Counted from the stretch's first letter, positions 31,416 to 41,789 are shown. The stretch: DNA of 64,000 nucleotides from Novosphingobium sp. (GCF_039595395.1 NZ_JBCNLP010000001.1:577823-641822), one strand, 5' to 3'. The notes: generated by a model from the sequence alone, not told the origin. Made by a program: numbers and translations.

Positions 31416-32152
31416 CAGCCGCGCTTCGCGGTGAGGATATAGTTCAGGCTCATATCATCCGAGAGATGCAGGCCTTTGAGCGGCGAGAACGCGATGCCCA
31501 TCGGCTGGCCCACCTGAAAACCGGCATCCTGCAGCAGGATCGCCAGTTCGGGCGGAGTGATGAAATCGTCCCAGTGATGCGTGCCGCGCGGCACCATGCC
31601 GATGCGCTCCGCCGCTTCGATCAGCAGCAGGCGCGAGGCCGCCGTGCGGTTGGGGGTGGAGAGGATCATCAGCCCGTCATCGGCCAGCGTCTCGGCCAGA
31701 GCGGCGATAAAGGCGGCTTTGTCGGCGACATGCTCGATCACCTCCATGCTGGTGACCAGATCGAAACCGCGCAGCCCCAGCGAGGACAATTCGCCATGGT
31801 GATAGGTGATCGGCAGGCCGCTGCCCGCCGCATGCTCGCGCGCCGCCGCGATGTTTTCCGCCGCCGCATCCACGCCGGTCATCGCCGCGCCGAGGCGGGC
31901 CAGCGGCTCGCACAGCAGGCCCGCGCCGCAGCCGACATCGAGCGCCGTCTTGCCTGCCAGGGGCTTCACGCTGCGCGAATCACCCTTCCAGTGCGAATCG
32001 ATGGAATCGCGGATAAAACCCAGCCGCACCGGATTGAGCCGGTGAAGCATCGCCGAGGAACCCTTTGGATTCCACCATTCCGCCGCCAGCTTTCCGAAAT
32101 GGTCAGCCTCGGCCTTGCGAATTGTATCAATGTTGCCTGTTGCGTTGCTCAT
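31415..32152 (-). CDS. ubiG: Ubiquinone biosynthesis O-methyltransferase UbiG
   Basis: Carries FGKLAAEWWNPKGSSAMLHRLNPVRL and the SAM motif LDVGCGAGLL. Confidence 0.93.
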   Translation of the reverse strand: MSNATGNIDTIRKAEADHFGKLAAEWWNPKGSSAMLHRLNPVRLGFIRDSIDSHWKGDSRSVKPLAGKTALDVGCGAGLLCEPLARLGAAMTGVDAAAENIAAAREHAAGSGLPITYHHGELSSLGLRGFDLVTSMEVIEHVADKAAFIAALAETLADDGLMILSTPNRTAASRLLLIEAAERIGMVPRGTHHWDDFITPPELAILLQDAGFQVGQPMGIAFSPLKGLHLSDDMSLNYILTAKRG

Positions 32153-32248
32153 GATCCCTTTCTAAAGCGCCGCGTCCGCTCCCGGCAAGCAGGGGCGGCA
32201 TGTTTCTTCAAGGCAAGTTACGCCAGCCAGTTGATAGGGAGCCTGTTT

Positions 32249-33502
32249 GTGGCCCGCATCGTGATGAAATTCGGTGGCACCTCCATGGCCGGGACCGAGC
32301 GTATTCGGCGCGTGGCGGGCATCGTCAAACGCCAGCAGGAAGCCGGGCATGAGGTGGCGGTGGTCGTCTCGGCCATGGCGGGCGAGACCGACCGTCTCGT
32401 CAACTTCAGCCGCGAGGCCCATGCGCTTTACGACCCGGCCGAATACGACGTCGTCGTCGCCAGCGGTGAGCAGGTGACCAGCGGCCTTCTGGCCATGACG
32501 CTGCAGGCCATGGGCTGCAAGGCGCGTTCGTGGCTCGGCTGGCAGATGCCGATCCTGACCGACGACGCCCATGCCAAGGCCCGCATCCAGACCATCGAGT
32601 CCGAAGCGCTGCTGGCCAGCATGGCTTCGGGCGAGATCGCTGTCATCCCCGGTTTCCAGGGCGTGACCGAAGGCGGGCGCATCACCACGCTGGGCCGTGG
32701 CGGTTCGGACACCTCCGCCGTGGCCGTGGCCGCTGGCATCAAGGCCGACCGCTGCGACATCTACACCGATGTCGACGGCGTCTACACCACCGATCCGCGC
32801 ATTGTGGCCAAGGCCCGCAAGCTCAAGAACGTCACCTATGAGGAGATGCTGGAACTGGCCAGCGTCGGCTCCAAGGTTTTGCAGACGCGCTGCGTCGCGC
32901 TCGCCATGAAAGAAAATGTGCGGGTGCAGGTGCTCTCGTCCTTTATCGATGAAAACGCGCCCGCCGCAGACACGCTGCCGGGCACCATGATTGTTTCCGA
33001 CGAGGAACTGGAAGGTTTGGACATGGAACGCCAGCTGATCACCGGCATCGCCGCCGACAAGAACGAAGCCAAGGTCATCCTGACCGCCGTGCCGGACCGT
33101 CCGGGCGCCGTGGCGACCATCTTCACGCCGCTGGCCGAGGCCAACATCAACGTCGACATGATCATCCAGAATGTCGGCCGCGAGGACACCGACACCGACG
33201 TCACCTTCACCGTGCCCCAGGCCGATCTGGACCGCACGCAGGCCGTGCTGGAAGCCAACCGCGAGGTCATCGGCTATCAGAAGCTGACGACCGACCCCAA
33301 GGTGGCCAAGGTCTCGGTGGTGGGCGTGGGCATGCGCAGCCACGCGGGCGTGGCCGCCACCATGTTCAAGTCGCTGGCCGATCGCGGGATCAACATTCAG
33401 GCGATTTCCACCAGCGAGATCAAGGTCTCGGTGGTGATCGACGCCGACGAGGTCGAGCTGGCCGTGCGTCTGCTGCACACCGCCTACGGTCTGGACGGCT
33501 AA
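32249..33502 (+). CDS. lysC: Aspartate kinase
   Basis: The GTG at 32249 gives VARIVMKFGGTSMAG... and two ACT domains follow at the C-terminus. The long ORF-track N-terminal extension from 31088 runs antisense to ubiG and is spurious. Confidence 0.93.
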   Translation: MARIVMKFGGTSMAGTERIRRVAGIVKRQQEAGHEVAVVVSAMAGETDRLVNFSREAHALYDPAEYDVVVASGEQVTSGLLAMTLQAMGCKARSWLGWQMPILTDDAHAKARIQTIESEALLASMASGEIAVIPGFQGVTEGGRITTLGRGGSDTSAVAVAAGIKADRCDIYTDVDGVYTTDPRIVAKARKLKNVTYEEMLELASVGSKVLQTRCVALAMKENVRVQVLSSFIDENAPAADTLPGTMIVSDEELEGLDMERQLITGIAADKNEAKVILTAVPDRPGAVATIFTPLAEANINVDMIIQNVGREDTDTDVTFTVPQADLDRTQAVLEANREVIGYQKLTTDPKVAKVSVVGVGMRSHAGVAATMFKSLADRGINIQAISTSEIKVSVVIDADEVELAVRLLHTAYGLDG

Positions 33503-33532
33503 AGCGCTCTGACGTTTCGGCGTTGTTAAAAA

Positions 33533-33571
33533 CCCCTCGGCAGGCACAAGTTCGCTTGCCGAGGGGTTTTT
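33533..33571 (+). terminator. Rho-independent terminator after lysC
   Basis: CCCCTCGGCAGGC-acaagttcgc-TTGCCGAGGGG followed by TTTTT. Confidence 0.85.
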
Positions 33572-33647
33572 GCGTCCGGGTGCCCTGCGAGAGCGGTGTG
33601 GAACTTGGCGCTCCCTCGGGCATAGTGCTTTCATATCAGCTTGAAAG

Positions 33648-34226
33648 GTGCTCCAGATGGTGAAGCTGCAATCCTCCAATCCCCGGTCCTTGCGCATGGC
33701 GGCCATGGCGCTGGGCGCGCTGGTGTCTGTCACGGGGGGGAGCCTGATCGCGAACGCCCGGCAAACCACCAGCGAACCCGTTGTCCAGAAGACGGACAAG
33801 GCGCCCAAGCCCGTCACCAAGGATGATCCCAACGCCCAGCAGGTGGCCGAAACCCCGCTGACCGACCTCAATGTGAAAAAGGGCGAGATTCCGGCGGTTT
33901 TGCTGCGCGCCCAGCAGAATCCCTACAGCATGGCCGGGATGAAGGGCTGCCCTGCGATCACCAATGCGGTGTCGCAGCTCAACGCCGTGCTGGGCGACGA
34001 TGTGGACGTCAGCAAGGCGAAGAAGCGCAATGTTGGCGCGGGCCATGTGGCGCAGACGGTGGTGGGCTCGTTCATCCCCTTCCGCGGGATTATCCGCGAG
34101 GTCTCCGGCGCCAGCTCGGAAGAGCGCAAGCTGCAGGCGGCCATCGCGGCGGGCATGGCGCGGCGCGGGTTCCTGAAGGGCGTGGGGATGACGAAGGGAT
34201 GTCGTTATCCGGGGCGGCCGGCTTAA
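33648..34226 (+). CDS. Secreted hypothetical protein
   Basis: The N-terminus is signal-like (RMAAMALGALVSVTGGS). I recognise no family, and the start is uncertain. Confidence 0.5.
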   Translation: MLQMVKLQSSNPRSLRMAAMALGALVSVTGGSLIANARQTTSEPVVQKTDKAPKPVTKDDPNAQQVAETPLTDLNVKKGEIPAVLLRAQQNPYSMAGMKGCPAITNAVSQLNAVLGDDVDVSKAKKRNVGAGHVAQTVVGSFIPFRGIIREVSGASSEERKLQAAIAAGMARRGFLKGVGMTKGCRYPGRPA

Positions 34227-34376
34227 GGTTTCGGTTTGGGGATTATGCCTCCGGCGGGCAAAGGGCCATCGCCCTTTGCAATCCCTTTTTTCTGCCTTTG
34301 CGCTGCGGGTTCAGCGTTGGGTGTTGGGCGCGATGCTGATGTTATAAGCCGCTTCGCGGGAGGCGAAAGGGCTGGA

Positions 34377-34637
34377 TCAGGGTTTGCTGCCCTCATTATC
34401 GTGATCGAAAAGTTCTCCCTGGTTGCCTTCATCGGCATCGCCGATCTCCTGGCGGACCTGGATCATCTGAACGGCTCTGGCTTTTGCCGGATCAAAAACG
34501 GCAAAGCTGGAGTCCAGCGCAGAGCCAAAGCCGCCTCCATGCTTTTTGCCCCGCTGCTTGCGTTTGCTACGAGCAATGATGAAAGGCAGGGCAAGCCACA
34601 AAGGCAAAGCGATGGCCAGTGCGATCAACCATTCCAT
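34377..34637 (-). CDS. Small membrane-anchored hypothetical protein
   Basis: 86 aa. An N-terminal TM helix (WLIALAIALPLWLALPFII) is followed by a basic stretch and an acidic tail. Confidence 0.45.
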   Translation of the reverse strand: MEWLIALAIALPLWLALPFIIARSKRKQRGKKHGGGFGSALDSSFAVFDPAKARAVQMIQVRQEIGDADEGNQGELFDHDNEGSKP

Positions 34638-34675
34638 CAGCTTTCTCCAGCGGGACAGATTTCATTTAAAACGCT

Positions 34676-34805
34676 GTCTTTGCCGCGCCGCAGGCAATTC
34701 TAACATAGGCGGCACAGCCAATTCAGCGCAACGCCGAACCCGAGGCGCACGGTAGACATTCATGGGAGCGCGAGGGTGTAACACCCTCGCACCTTCCCTT
34801 CCTCC
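34676..34805 (-). repeat. Family-1 intergenic element, copy 7 (truncated, about half length, reverse orientation)
   Basis: It retains a degenerate central segment, GCCGAACCC, GTAGACATT and one terminal hairpin (GCGAGGGTG-taa-CACCCTCGC). The other end is missing. Confidence 0.75.
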
Positions 34806-34884
34806 CTGAACTCAAAAACCAAAAACCCGCCCCCGGTGGTCCATCCGGAGGCGGGCTCTTGTGCGACCCTCAGGGCTATGTGGA

Positions 34885-36425
34885 TCAGTCCGCCAGTTCA
34901 GGATCAGTCGGCACTTCACTCGGCACCGGCAGGCCCAGGGCCTTGGCCACGCCCGCGCCATAGGCGGGGTCGCAGCGCAGGCAGTTGGCGATATGGCGCG
35001 CCTTGATGAAGTCCGGCGCGTCGCCCATGCCGCGTGCGGTGTTCTCGAAGAGCACCTGCTGCTGCGCGGGGGTCATCAACTGGAACAGGGCGCGCGGCTG
35101 GCTGAAGTAGTCGCTGTCATCCTCGCGAAAGTCCCAGAAGTCGGCGTTGCCGTCGATCTTCATGGGGGGCTCGCGATAGTCGCTCTGCGATTCCCACTGG
35201 TGGAAGCTGTTGGGCTGATAATGGATGGTGCTGCCGTAATTGCCATCGACGCGCATATAACCGTCGCGGTGGTTCGAATGCACCGGGCAGCGCGCGGCGT
35301 TCACCGGGATCTGGTGGTGGTTCACGCCCAGGCGGTAGCGCTGCGCATCGGCGTAGGCGAACAGGCGCGCCTGCAGCATCTTGTCCGGCGAGAAGCCGAT
35401 GCCGGGCACCAGGTTGCTGGGCGCGAAGGCGGCCTGCTCGACCTCGGCGAAGTAGTTGTCGGGGTTGCGGTTCAGCTCGAACTCGCCCACCTCGATCAGC
35501 GGGTACTGCGCCTTGGGCCAGACCTTGGTCAGGTCGAAGGGGTGGAAGCGGTAGGTGGCCGCTTCCTTCTCGGGCATGATCTGCACGAACATCTTCCAGC
35601 GGGGGAAGTCGCCGCGCTCGATGGCGTCATACAGGTCGCGCTGGTGGCTCTCGCGGTCGCCCGCTACCGTTTCGGCGGCCTCGGCGTTGGTCAGGTTCTC
35701 GATGCCCTGCTGGGTCTTGAAGTGGAACTTGACCCAGAAGCGCTCGTTGTCGGCATTGATGAAGCTGTAGGTGTGGCTGCCGAAGCCATGCATGTGGCGG
35801 TACGCGGCGCCGGGATGCCGCGGTCGCTCATCACGATGGTCACCTGATGCAGGGCCTCGGGCAGCAGGGTCCAGAAATCCCAGTTGTTGGTGGCGCTGCG
35901 CAGGTTGGTGCGCGGGTCGCGCTTCACCGCGTGGTTGAGGTCGGGGAACTTGCAGCGGGTCGCGCAGGAAGAACACCGGGGTGTTGTTGCCGACCAGGTC
36001 CCAGTTGCCTTCCTCGGTGTAGAACTTCAGCGCGAAGCCGCGGATGTCGCGCTCGGCATCGGCCGCGCCGCGCTCGCCGGCCACGGTGGAGAAGCGCGCG
36101 AACATCTCGGTCTGCTTGCCGACCTCGCCGAGAAGATCTTGGCGCGGGTGTAGGGGGTGATGTCGTGCGTGACGGTGAAGGTGCCGTAGGCGCCCGAGCC
36201 CTTGGCGTGCATGCGGCGCTCGGGGATCACTTCGCGGTCGAAGTGGGCCAGCTTCTCCAGCAGCCACACGTCCTGCAGCAGCAGCGGGCCGCGCGGGCCG
36301 GCGGTCTGGACGTTCTGGTTGTCCACCACCGGCGCGCCGAAGGCGGTGGTCAGCGGCGTGGTGCCGGGGGCGGCGCTGCCATGGGCAACGGGGCATTTTC
36401 CGGTGGGGGTATCGGAATCGGACAT
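34885..36425 (-). pseudogene. Monofunctional haem catalase interrupted by three frameshifts
   Basis: Catalase sequence is split over two reading frames. The N-terminus ([16 protein letters not shown]...[29 protein letters not shown]) is in frame [37 protein letters not shown]...[12 protein letters not shown] is in frame [49 protein letters not shown] returns to frame [15 protein letters not shown] through the C-terminus is in frame B. The frame switches occur near 36130, 35952 and 35805. Confidence 0.8.
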
Positions 36426-36657
36426 GGGTGGGCCTCCTCAAAACTTTCTGACCGAATGCGTGCCTTGCTAGCGCGGCATGTGCGTGTCGCAAAAACGGTA
36501 AAGCATGTCACACTGATCGAACTCTTGGATAATACGGATTTGTGACCATATTGCCGAGCCATACCGGGGTATAGCACAGGCGATATACGGCGGATTGCCG
36601 TTTTCTTACGTCCGCTTTATAGGCGGCCCCCAAGAATCCTTAAGGTATGAGAAACTG

Positions 36658-37662
36658 GTGACGGACAAGACCAAGGCGCTGATGGCACGGGGCGCCGCAT
36701 TCCTGGGCAGCGAGCATGCCATTCTGTGCGGGGCGATGAGCTGGGTTTCGGAGCGCAACCTCGTTGCGGCCATCAGCAATGCTGGCGGCTTCGGCGTGAT
36801 CGCTTGCGGCGCCATGACTCCCGAGCTGCTCGATGCGGAGATCGCCGCCACCGCCGCACTGACGGGCAAGCCCTTCGGTGTGAACCTCATCACCATGCAC
36901 CCCAAGCTCTTCGAGCTGATCGAGGTCTGCGCGAAGCACAAGGTGACCCATGTGGTGCTGGCCGGCGGCCTGCCCCCCAAGGGCAGCCTTGAGGCCATCA
37001 AGGAGATCGGCGCCAAGGTGATCTGCTTTGCCCCCACGCTGGCGCTGGGCAAGAAGCTGCTGCGCAGCGGCGCCGACGCTCTGGTGATCGAGGGCCATGA
37101 GGCTGGCGGCCATATCGGCCCGGTTTCGACCAGCGTCCTCGCTCAGGAAATCCTGCCCGAGCTGGCCGCCGACAACATCGTGTTCGTGGCGGGCGGCATC
37201 GGTCGCGGCGAGGCGATTGCCTCCTATCTGGAAATGGGCGCCTCGGGCGTGCAGCTCGGCACGCGCTTTGCCGCGGCCACCGAGAGCATCGCTCACCCCG
37301 ATTTCAAGAAGGCCTTCTTCCGTGGTCATGCGCGTGACGCCATGCCTTCGGTGCAGGTCGATGCCCGCCTGCCGGTGATCCCCGTGCGCGCCCTGAAGAA
37401 CAAGGGCACCGAGGAGTTCACCGCCAAGCAGCGCGAAGTCGCCGCCAAGCTGGACGCGGGCGAGGTGGACATGCACGAAGCCCAGCTCATGATTGAGCGC
37501 TTCTGGGCCGGTGCCCTGCGCCGCGCCGTGATCGATGGCGATGTGGAGAGCGGCTCTTTGATGGCGGGCCAGTCGGTGGGCATGGTCACCAAGGAAGAGC
37601 CTGTCCTGGACATTATCACCCAGTTGATGGGTGAGTGTGAGGCGGCTCTCAAGGGGCGGTAA
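36658..37662 (+). CDS. NAD(P)H-dependent flavin oxidoreductase (nitronate monooxygenase / FabK-like family)
   Basis: AILCGAMSWVSERNLVAAISNAGGFGVI...GHEAGGHIG are NMO family motifs. The start is uncertain, either GTG at 36658 or the ORF start at 36595. Confidence 0.8.
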   Translation: MTDKTKALMARGAAFLGSEHAILCGAMSWVSERNLVAAISNAGGFGVIACGAMTPELLDAEIAATAALTGKPFGVNLITMHPKLFELIEVCAKHKVTHVVLAGGLPPKGSLEAIKEIGAKVICFAPTLALGKKLLRSGADALVIEGHEAGGHIGPVSTSVLAQEILPELAADNIVFVAGGIGRGEAIASYLEMGASGVQLGTRFAAATESIAHPDFKKAFFRGHARDAMPSVQVDARLPVIPVRALKNKGTEEFTAKQREVAAKLDAGEVDMHEAQLMIERFWAGALRRAVIDGDVESGSLMAGQSVGMVTKEEPVLDIITQLMGECEAALKGR

Positions 37663-37925
37663 GAAGGTTTGAAGAGGTAAGTGCGAGGGCCGTCGCCCTC
37701 GCGCTCCCTTTAATGTCTGCGACAGTGCTTTGGGTTCGGCCTTGCGCCCAGCTTGCAGCGCCGCAGGCTTGAAAACGATAGAAGGCGCCGGGGCTTCCTG
37801 CCTGCGGCGCCTTTTCGTTGCGCAGGTGGAGAGCCGAGGCACGACGAAGCGGTGCCACTGCCAGTTCGTCGGAAGACGTCATGGGAGCGCGAGGGGGTAA
37901 CCCCCTCGCACCTTCCTTTCCCTCC
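37663..37925 (+). repeat. Family-1 intergenic element, copy 8 (full length, forward)
   Basis: It begins immediately after the upstream TAA (37660-37662). Both hairpins are present, and the central hairpin is followed by TTTTCGTT. Confidence 0.9.
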
Positions 37926-38011
37926 CTTGAAATTCCTGAATAGCCGAACCCTTCACAATATGCTTCATTCCGCCGCGCACAGAGGGGGTGCATGAGCAGG
38001 AGGTCCAAATC

Positions 38012-38881
38012 ATGTGCGATGATTTCACCGTTGTGGAGGAAGACGCGGCCCTGAAGGCCATGGGCGTCTCGCGCCGCGATTTTGCGGGTCTGGCGGCGGG
38101 TGCGGGCCTTGCCACCATCGCGGCGAGCCCGGCCTATGCGGCGGCGGGCGTGGTCGAGAAGGCGGTCAGCATCCCCACGGGCGATGGGCAGTGCGATGGC
38201 TTCCTCTATCACCCGGCTACGGGCACGCATCCCGGCATCATCGTCTGGCCGGATATTGCGGGCCTGCGCGACGCTTATAAGCTGTGGGCCAAGCGGCTGG
38301 CGGGTGAGGGCTACAGCGTGCTGGTGGTCAATCACTACTACCGCACGGCGAAAGCCCCTCTGCTGGCGACGATGGCCGAGTGGCGCACCCCGGCTGGCGC
38401 GGAAAAGCTGAAGCCCGCCATCGCGGCGCTTAATCCGGCGCTGATCACCAAGGATGCCGCCGCATTCGTGGCCTTCCTCGACAAGCAGCCCTCGGTCAGC
38501 AAGACGCGCGGGCTGGGCGCGGCGGGGCACTGCATGACGGGCAGCTATACGGTGCGCGCGGCGGCGGTGGCGCCGGGTCGCGTGAAGGCCTGCGCCTCGC
38601 TGCATGGCGGCGGGCTGGTGGACGACAAGCCCGATGGCGTGATCGCTTTGATCCCCAAGACGAAGGCCAGCTTCCTGTTCGCCATCGCCCAGAACGACGA
38701 TGCACGCGCGCCCGGTGACAAGGATGCGCTGAAGAAGGCCTGCGCCGCCGCAGGCCGCCCGGCGGAGGTGGAGGTTTTCCACGCCGACCACGGCTGGACC
38801 ACGCTGGACGCCCCCAGCTACAACAAAGAAGAGGCCGAGCGCGCCTGGACCCGCATGACCGCGCTCTTCGCCAAGCTGTAA
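38012..38881 (+). CDS. Dienelactone hydrolase family protein with a Tat-type signal
   Basis: The ATG at 38012 is preceded by AGGAGG. The twin-arginine motif is [13 protein letters not shown], and a DLH-like alpha/beta fold follows. Confidence 0.8.
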   Translation: MCDDFTVVEEDAALKAMGVSRRDFAGLAAGAGLATIAASPAYAAAGVVEKAVSIPTGDGQCDGFLYHPATGTHPGIIVWPDIAGLRDAYKLWAKRLAGEGYSVLVVNHYYRTAKAPLLATMAEWRTPAGAEKLKPAIAALNPALITKDAAAFVAFLDKQPSVSKTRGLGAAGHCMTGSYTVRAAAVAPGRVKACASLHGGGLVDDKPDGVIALIPKTKASFLFAIAQNDDARAPGDKDALKKACAAAGRPAEVEVFHADHGWTTLDAPSYNKEEAERAWTRMTALFAKL

Positions 38882-38966
38882 GGACCGATGCGCCCCTGCT
38901 CCACCCTTGCGGGCGGGCGGGGGCGTTTCCATATGGGGGCCTGGCTTCCCAAGGAGTTCCCCCGCG

Positions 38967-39383
38967 ATGTCCGATCTTCCCGCCGATCCCCAGACGCTGA
39001 CCGATGCGCAGTGGCGTGAGCGGCTGACCCCCATGCAGTACCATGTGCTGCGCGAGGCGGGCACGGAACGCGCCTTCACCGGCGAGTACGATCACCTCTT
39101 TGCCGAGGGCGAGTATGTCTGCGCGGGCTGCGGGGCGCCGCTCTTCACCTCGGAGGACAAGTTCAATTCGGGCTGCGGCTGGCCGGCCTATTCGGCGCCT
39201 CAGGCCGAGGAAGCGATCACCGAATATCGCGATGTCAGCCACGGCATGGTCCGCACCGAAGTGCGCTGCGCCCGCTGCGACGGCCATCTGGGCCATGTCT
39301 TCCCCGATGGCCCCGGACCCACGGGCCTGCGCTATTGCATCAACAGCGCCGCGCTGGATTTTGAGCCCGAAGTTAAGGGCTAA
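38967..39383 (+). CDS. msrB: Peptide-methionine (R)-S-oxide reductase
   Basis: The zinc-site Cys pairs are CAGCGAPLF and [12 protein letters not shown], and the catalytic motif is RYCINS. Confidence 0.93.
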   Translation: MSDLPADPQTLTDAQWRERLTPMQYHVLREAGTERAFTGEYDHLFAEGEYVCAGCGAPLFTSEDKFNSGCGWPAYSAPQAEEAITEYRDVSHGMVRTEVRCARCDGHLGHVFPDGPGPTGLRYCINSAALDFEPEVKG

Positions 39384-39389
39384 GAGACT

Positions 39390-39530
39390 GTTTGGAAATT
39401 CGGCGAAGCCGAATTTGCGGCACCAGCCCACTCCCCCGCCCGGCCACCCACAGGATACGACCGATGGGTGGCCGGGCGGGGGAGAGGGCTGGTACCGCGC
39501 TGAAAATGCGCTTTTGCGCATTTTCCAAAC
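39390..39530 (+). repeat. Family-2 three-hairpin intergenic element, copy 2
   Basis: Hairpin 1 is AAATTCGGC-gaa-GCCGAATTT (39396-39416). Hairpin 2 pairs 27 of 28 bp (39423-39492). Hairpin 3 is GAAAATGCGC-tttt-GCGCATTTTC (39502-39525). The outer complement is GTTTGG/CCAAAC. Confidence 0.85.
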
Positions 39531-39671
39531 GGGCTCTAAGCCTAGGTTCAGGCGGTTTTTGGCAGATTTAGCGGGGGCAGGGGTTAACCTTGCCCCTTTG
39601 ATAGCCTAGTAGGGCGCGAAAGCTGCGGACTCGCGCCCTGCCTGTCCGCCGATGGGATGTAATTTCACGCA

Positions 39672-41789
39672 ATGGCAAGACGCGATATCCGGCGCCAGGC
39701 AGGACAAGGTTCAGGTGACGGCCCCCCTCGCGGAGGCTCCCCGAAAGCAGGGCGTTCCAAACGGAGTATCTGGGTGAAAATCTTGGTGTGGCTGGCCGCT
39801 CTGGGCGCGCTGGCATGTTCGCTTGTCTTTGGCATCGTCTATTTCGAAGCCCAGAGCCTGCCCAGCCTCGAGGCGCTGAAATCCAGCCAGAACGGCCAGA
39901 CGATTCTGGTGCGCGCGCGCGACGGATCGCAACTGGTCGTCATCGGCCCCTCCTATGGCCAGTGGCTGGACTATGACCGTATTCCCTCGGTGATGAAGGA
40001 CGCCATCGTCTCCACCGAGGACCGCCGCTTCCGCGACCATATCGGCATCGATCCCATCGGCATGATGCGTTCGGCCGCCGTCAACGTGAAGAGCGGCCAC
40101 CGCCGTCAGGGCGCCTCGACCATCACGCAGCAGCTGGCGCGCAACATCTTCCTCAACAATGACCGCACCTTCAGCCGGAAGATCAAGGAGATCTTCATCG
40201 CCATGGCGCTGGAGTGGAAGTTCTCCAAGGACCAGATCCTCGAACTCTACCTCAACAAGGTCTATTTCGGCGGCGGCGCTTACGGCGTGGATGCGGCCAG
40301 CCGCAAGTTCTTCAACCACCCCGGCACCCAGCTCAGCCTGCCCGAGGCCGCGATCATCGCGGGCCTTGTGAAGGCCCCCAGCCATTACTCGCCCACCGCT
40401 GACGCTCAGGCCGCCGTCGACCGCGCCAGCGTGGTGCTCGATGTGATGGAGGATGCCGGATCGATCACCCCGTCCGAGCATGCCGCCGTGCATCTCGACA
40501 AGGTGAAGATGGCCGCCGAGCCCGCGCAGAACTCGGTGCGTTACTTCACCGACTGGGCGCTGCCCCAGCTCGACACGCTGATCGGCACCGACAACACCGA
40601 GCCGGTGGAAGTCTGGACCACGCTCGACCCGAAAATGCAGTCCGCCGCCACCGCCGCCGTCGCCGCCAACGCTCCCAAGGGCGCGCAGGGCGCGCTGGTG
40701 TCGCTGGACCGCGACGGCAGCGTGCTGGCGATGGTCGGCGGCACCGATTACGTCACCAGCAACTACAACCGCGCCACGCAGGCCATGCGCCAGCCCGGTT
40801 CGGCGTGGAAGCTGTTCGTGTACCTCGCCGCGCTGGAATCCGGCGTGAAGCCGGACGATCCGATCAACGACGAGCCCGTCACCATCGACGGCTGGACGCC
40901 GCATAACGACGCCGGTCGCTACGCCGGCCAGATCGATATCCGCACCGCCTTCGCCTATTCCAAGAACACCGTCGCTGCCCAGCTCGGCCAGAAGGTGGGC
41001 TTCGATCAGGTGGCGGCCATGGCGCGCCGCTTCGGCATCACCACCTCCATCGCCACCAACCCCTCGATGGTGCTGGGCACCAACGAGGTCCGCCTGATCG
41101 AGATGGCCCGCGCCTTCTCCGAAATACAGGCGCATGGCTCCTCGGTGACGCCCTATGGCATCGTCAAGGTCGTGACCTCCAGCGGGCGGGTGCTCTATCA
41201 GCATCCCCAGCCGCAGGGCCAGACGCTGGTCGCGCCCTTCGTCGCCGCCGGGATGACCGACCTGATGCAGACCGCCGTCAACATCGGCACCGGCCGCGCG
41301 GCCCAGATCGGGCGCCCGGTCGCGGGCAAGACCGGCACCACCTCCTCGAACAAGGACGGCTGGTTCATGGGCTTCTCCAGCGGGATCACCACCGGCGTGT
41401 GGATGGGCCGCGACGATGCTCACCCTGTCCCCGGCCTGCAGGGCGGCACCGCCCCGGCGCGGGCATGGGCGCAGTATATGCGCACCGCCGTCGCCGGTCG
41501 CCCCGCCGAGCCCTTCGACACCCAGCTGAAACTGCCCGAATGGCAGCTCGAGCCCGACGATCAGGCCGGTATGGGTGATCCCAACGCCTATTTCTCGCCC
41601 GACGATCAGGGCAATCTGGTCGGCCCCAACGGGCAGCCCCTGCCGCCGCAGCAGTCGCCTCAGCCGGGCGCCGGGGATGCGGACCAGCAGCAGCCCGTGC
41701 CCGAGGCGCCGCTTGTGCAGCAGCCACAGCCGGTGCCGGCGGCTCCCAAGAAGAAGCCGACGGCTCAGCCTGGGTTCGGGATTTATTAA
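39672..41789 (+). CDS. Class A penicillin-binding protein (bifunctional glycosyltransferase/transpeptidase)
   Basis: GT51 motifs are EDRRFRDHIGID and GASTITQQLARN. The transpeptidase motifs are SAWK and KTGTT. The C-terminal tail is proline/glutamine-rich. Confidence 0.9.
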   Translation: MARRDIRRQAGQGSGDGPPRGGSPKAGRSKRSIWVKILVWLAALGALACSLVFGIVYFEAQSLPSLEALKSSQNGQTILVRARDGSQLVVIGPSYGQWLDYDRIPSVMKDAIVSTEDRRFRDHIGIDPIGMMRSAAVNVKSGHRRQGASTITQQLARNIFLNNDRTFSRKIKEIFIAMALEWKFSKDQILELYLNKVYFGGGAYGVDAASRKFFNHPGTQLSLPEAAIIAGLVKAPSHYSPTADAQAAVDRASVVLDVMEDAGSITPSEHAAVHLDKVKMAAEPAQNSVRYFTDWALPQLDTLIGTDNTEPVEVWTTLDPKMQSAATAAVAANAPKGAQGALVSLDRDGSVLAMVGGTDYVTSNYNRATQAMRQPGSAWKLFVYLAALESGVKPDDPINDEPVTIDGWTPHNDAGRYAGQIDIRTAFAYSKNTVAAQLGQKVGFDQVAAMARRFGITTSIATNPSMVLGTNEVRLIEMARAFSEIQAHGSSVTPYGIVKVVTSSGRVLYQHPQPQGQTLVAPFVAAGMTDLMQTAVNIGTGRAAQIGRPVAGKTGTTSSNKDGWFMGFSSGITTGVWMGRDDAHPVPGLQGGTAPARAWAQYMRTAVAGRPAEPFDTQLKLPEWQLEPDDQAGMGDPNAYFSPDDQGNLVGPNGQPLPPQQSPQPGAGDADQQQPVPEAPLVQQPQPVPAAPKKKPTAQPGFGIY

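Noticed and set aside
31088-32248. A 387-codon N-terminal extension of the aspartate kinase ORF, giving an 804-aa ORF.
   Set aside because: The extension is Pro/Arg/Ala-rich, runs antisense to ubiG and the upstream secreted-protein gene, and has no aspartokinase similarity. The canonical N-terminus VARIVMKFGGTS starts at the GTG at 32249.
36500-36545. Similarity between the catalase upstream sequence (GATCGAACTCTTGGATAATACGGATTTG), the pirin/perhydrolase box, and the dps upstream sequence (CTTGGATGAAACAGATGGATTTC, about 59269-59291).
   Set aside because: Only short words are shared (ATCGAAC, GGATAA, CTTGGAT..GGATTT), and their spacing and orientation are inconsistent. This is not enough to claim a common site without a genome-wide motif analysis.
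39531-39671. Additional hairpins between the family-2 element and the PBP gene: GGGGCAGGGGTTAACCTTGCCCC and AGGGCGCGA...TCGCGCCCT.
   Set aside because: They are real inverted repeats, but they are short and single-copy in this window with no clear T-run. I cannot distinguish a terminator, an attenuator or element debris.
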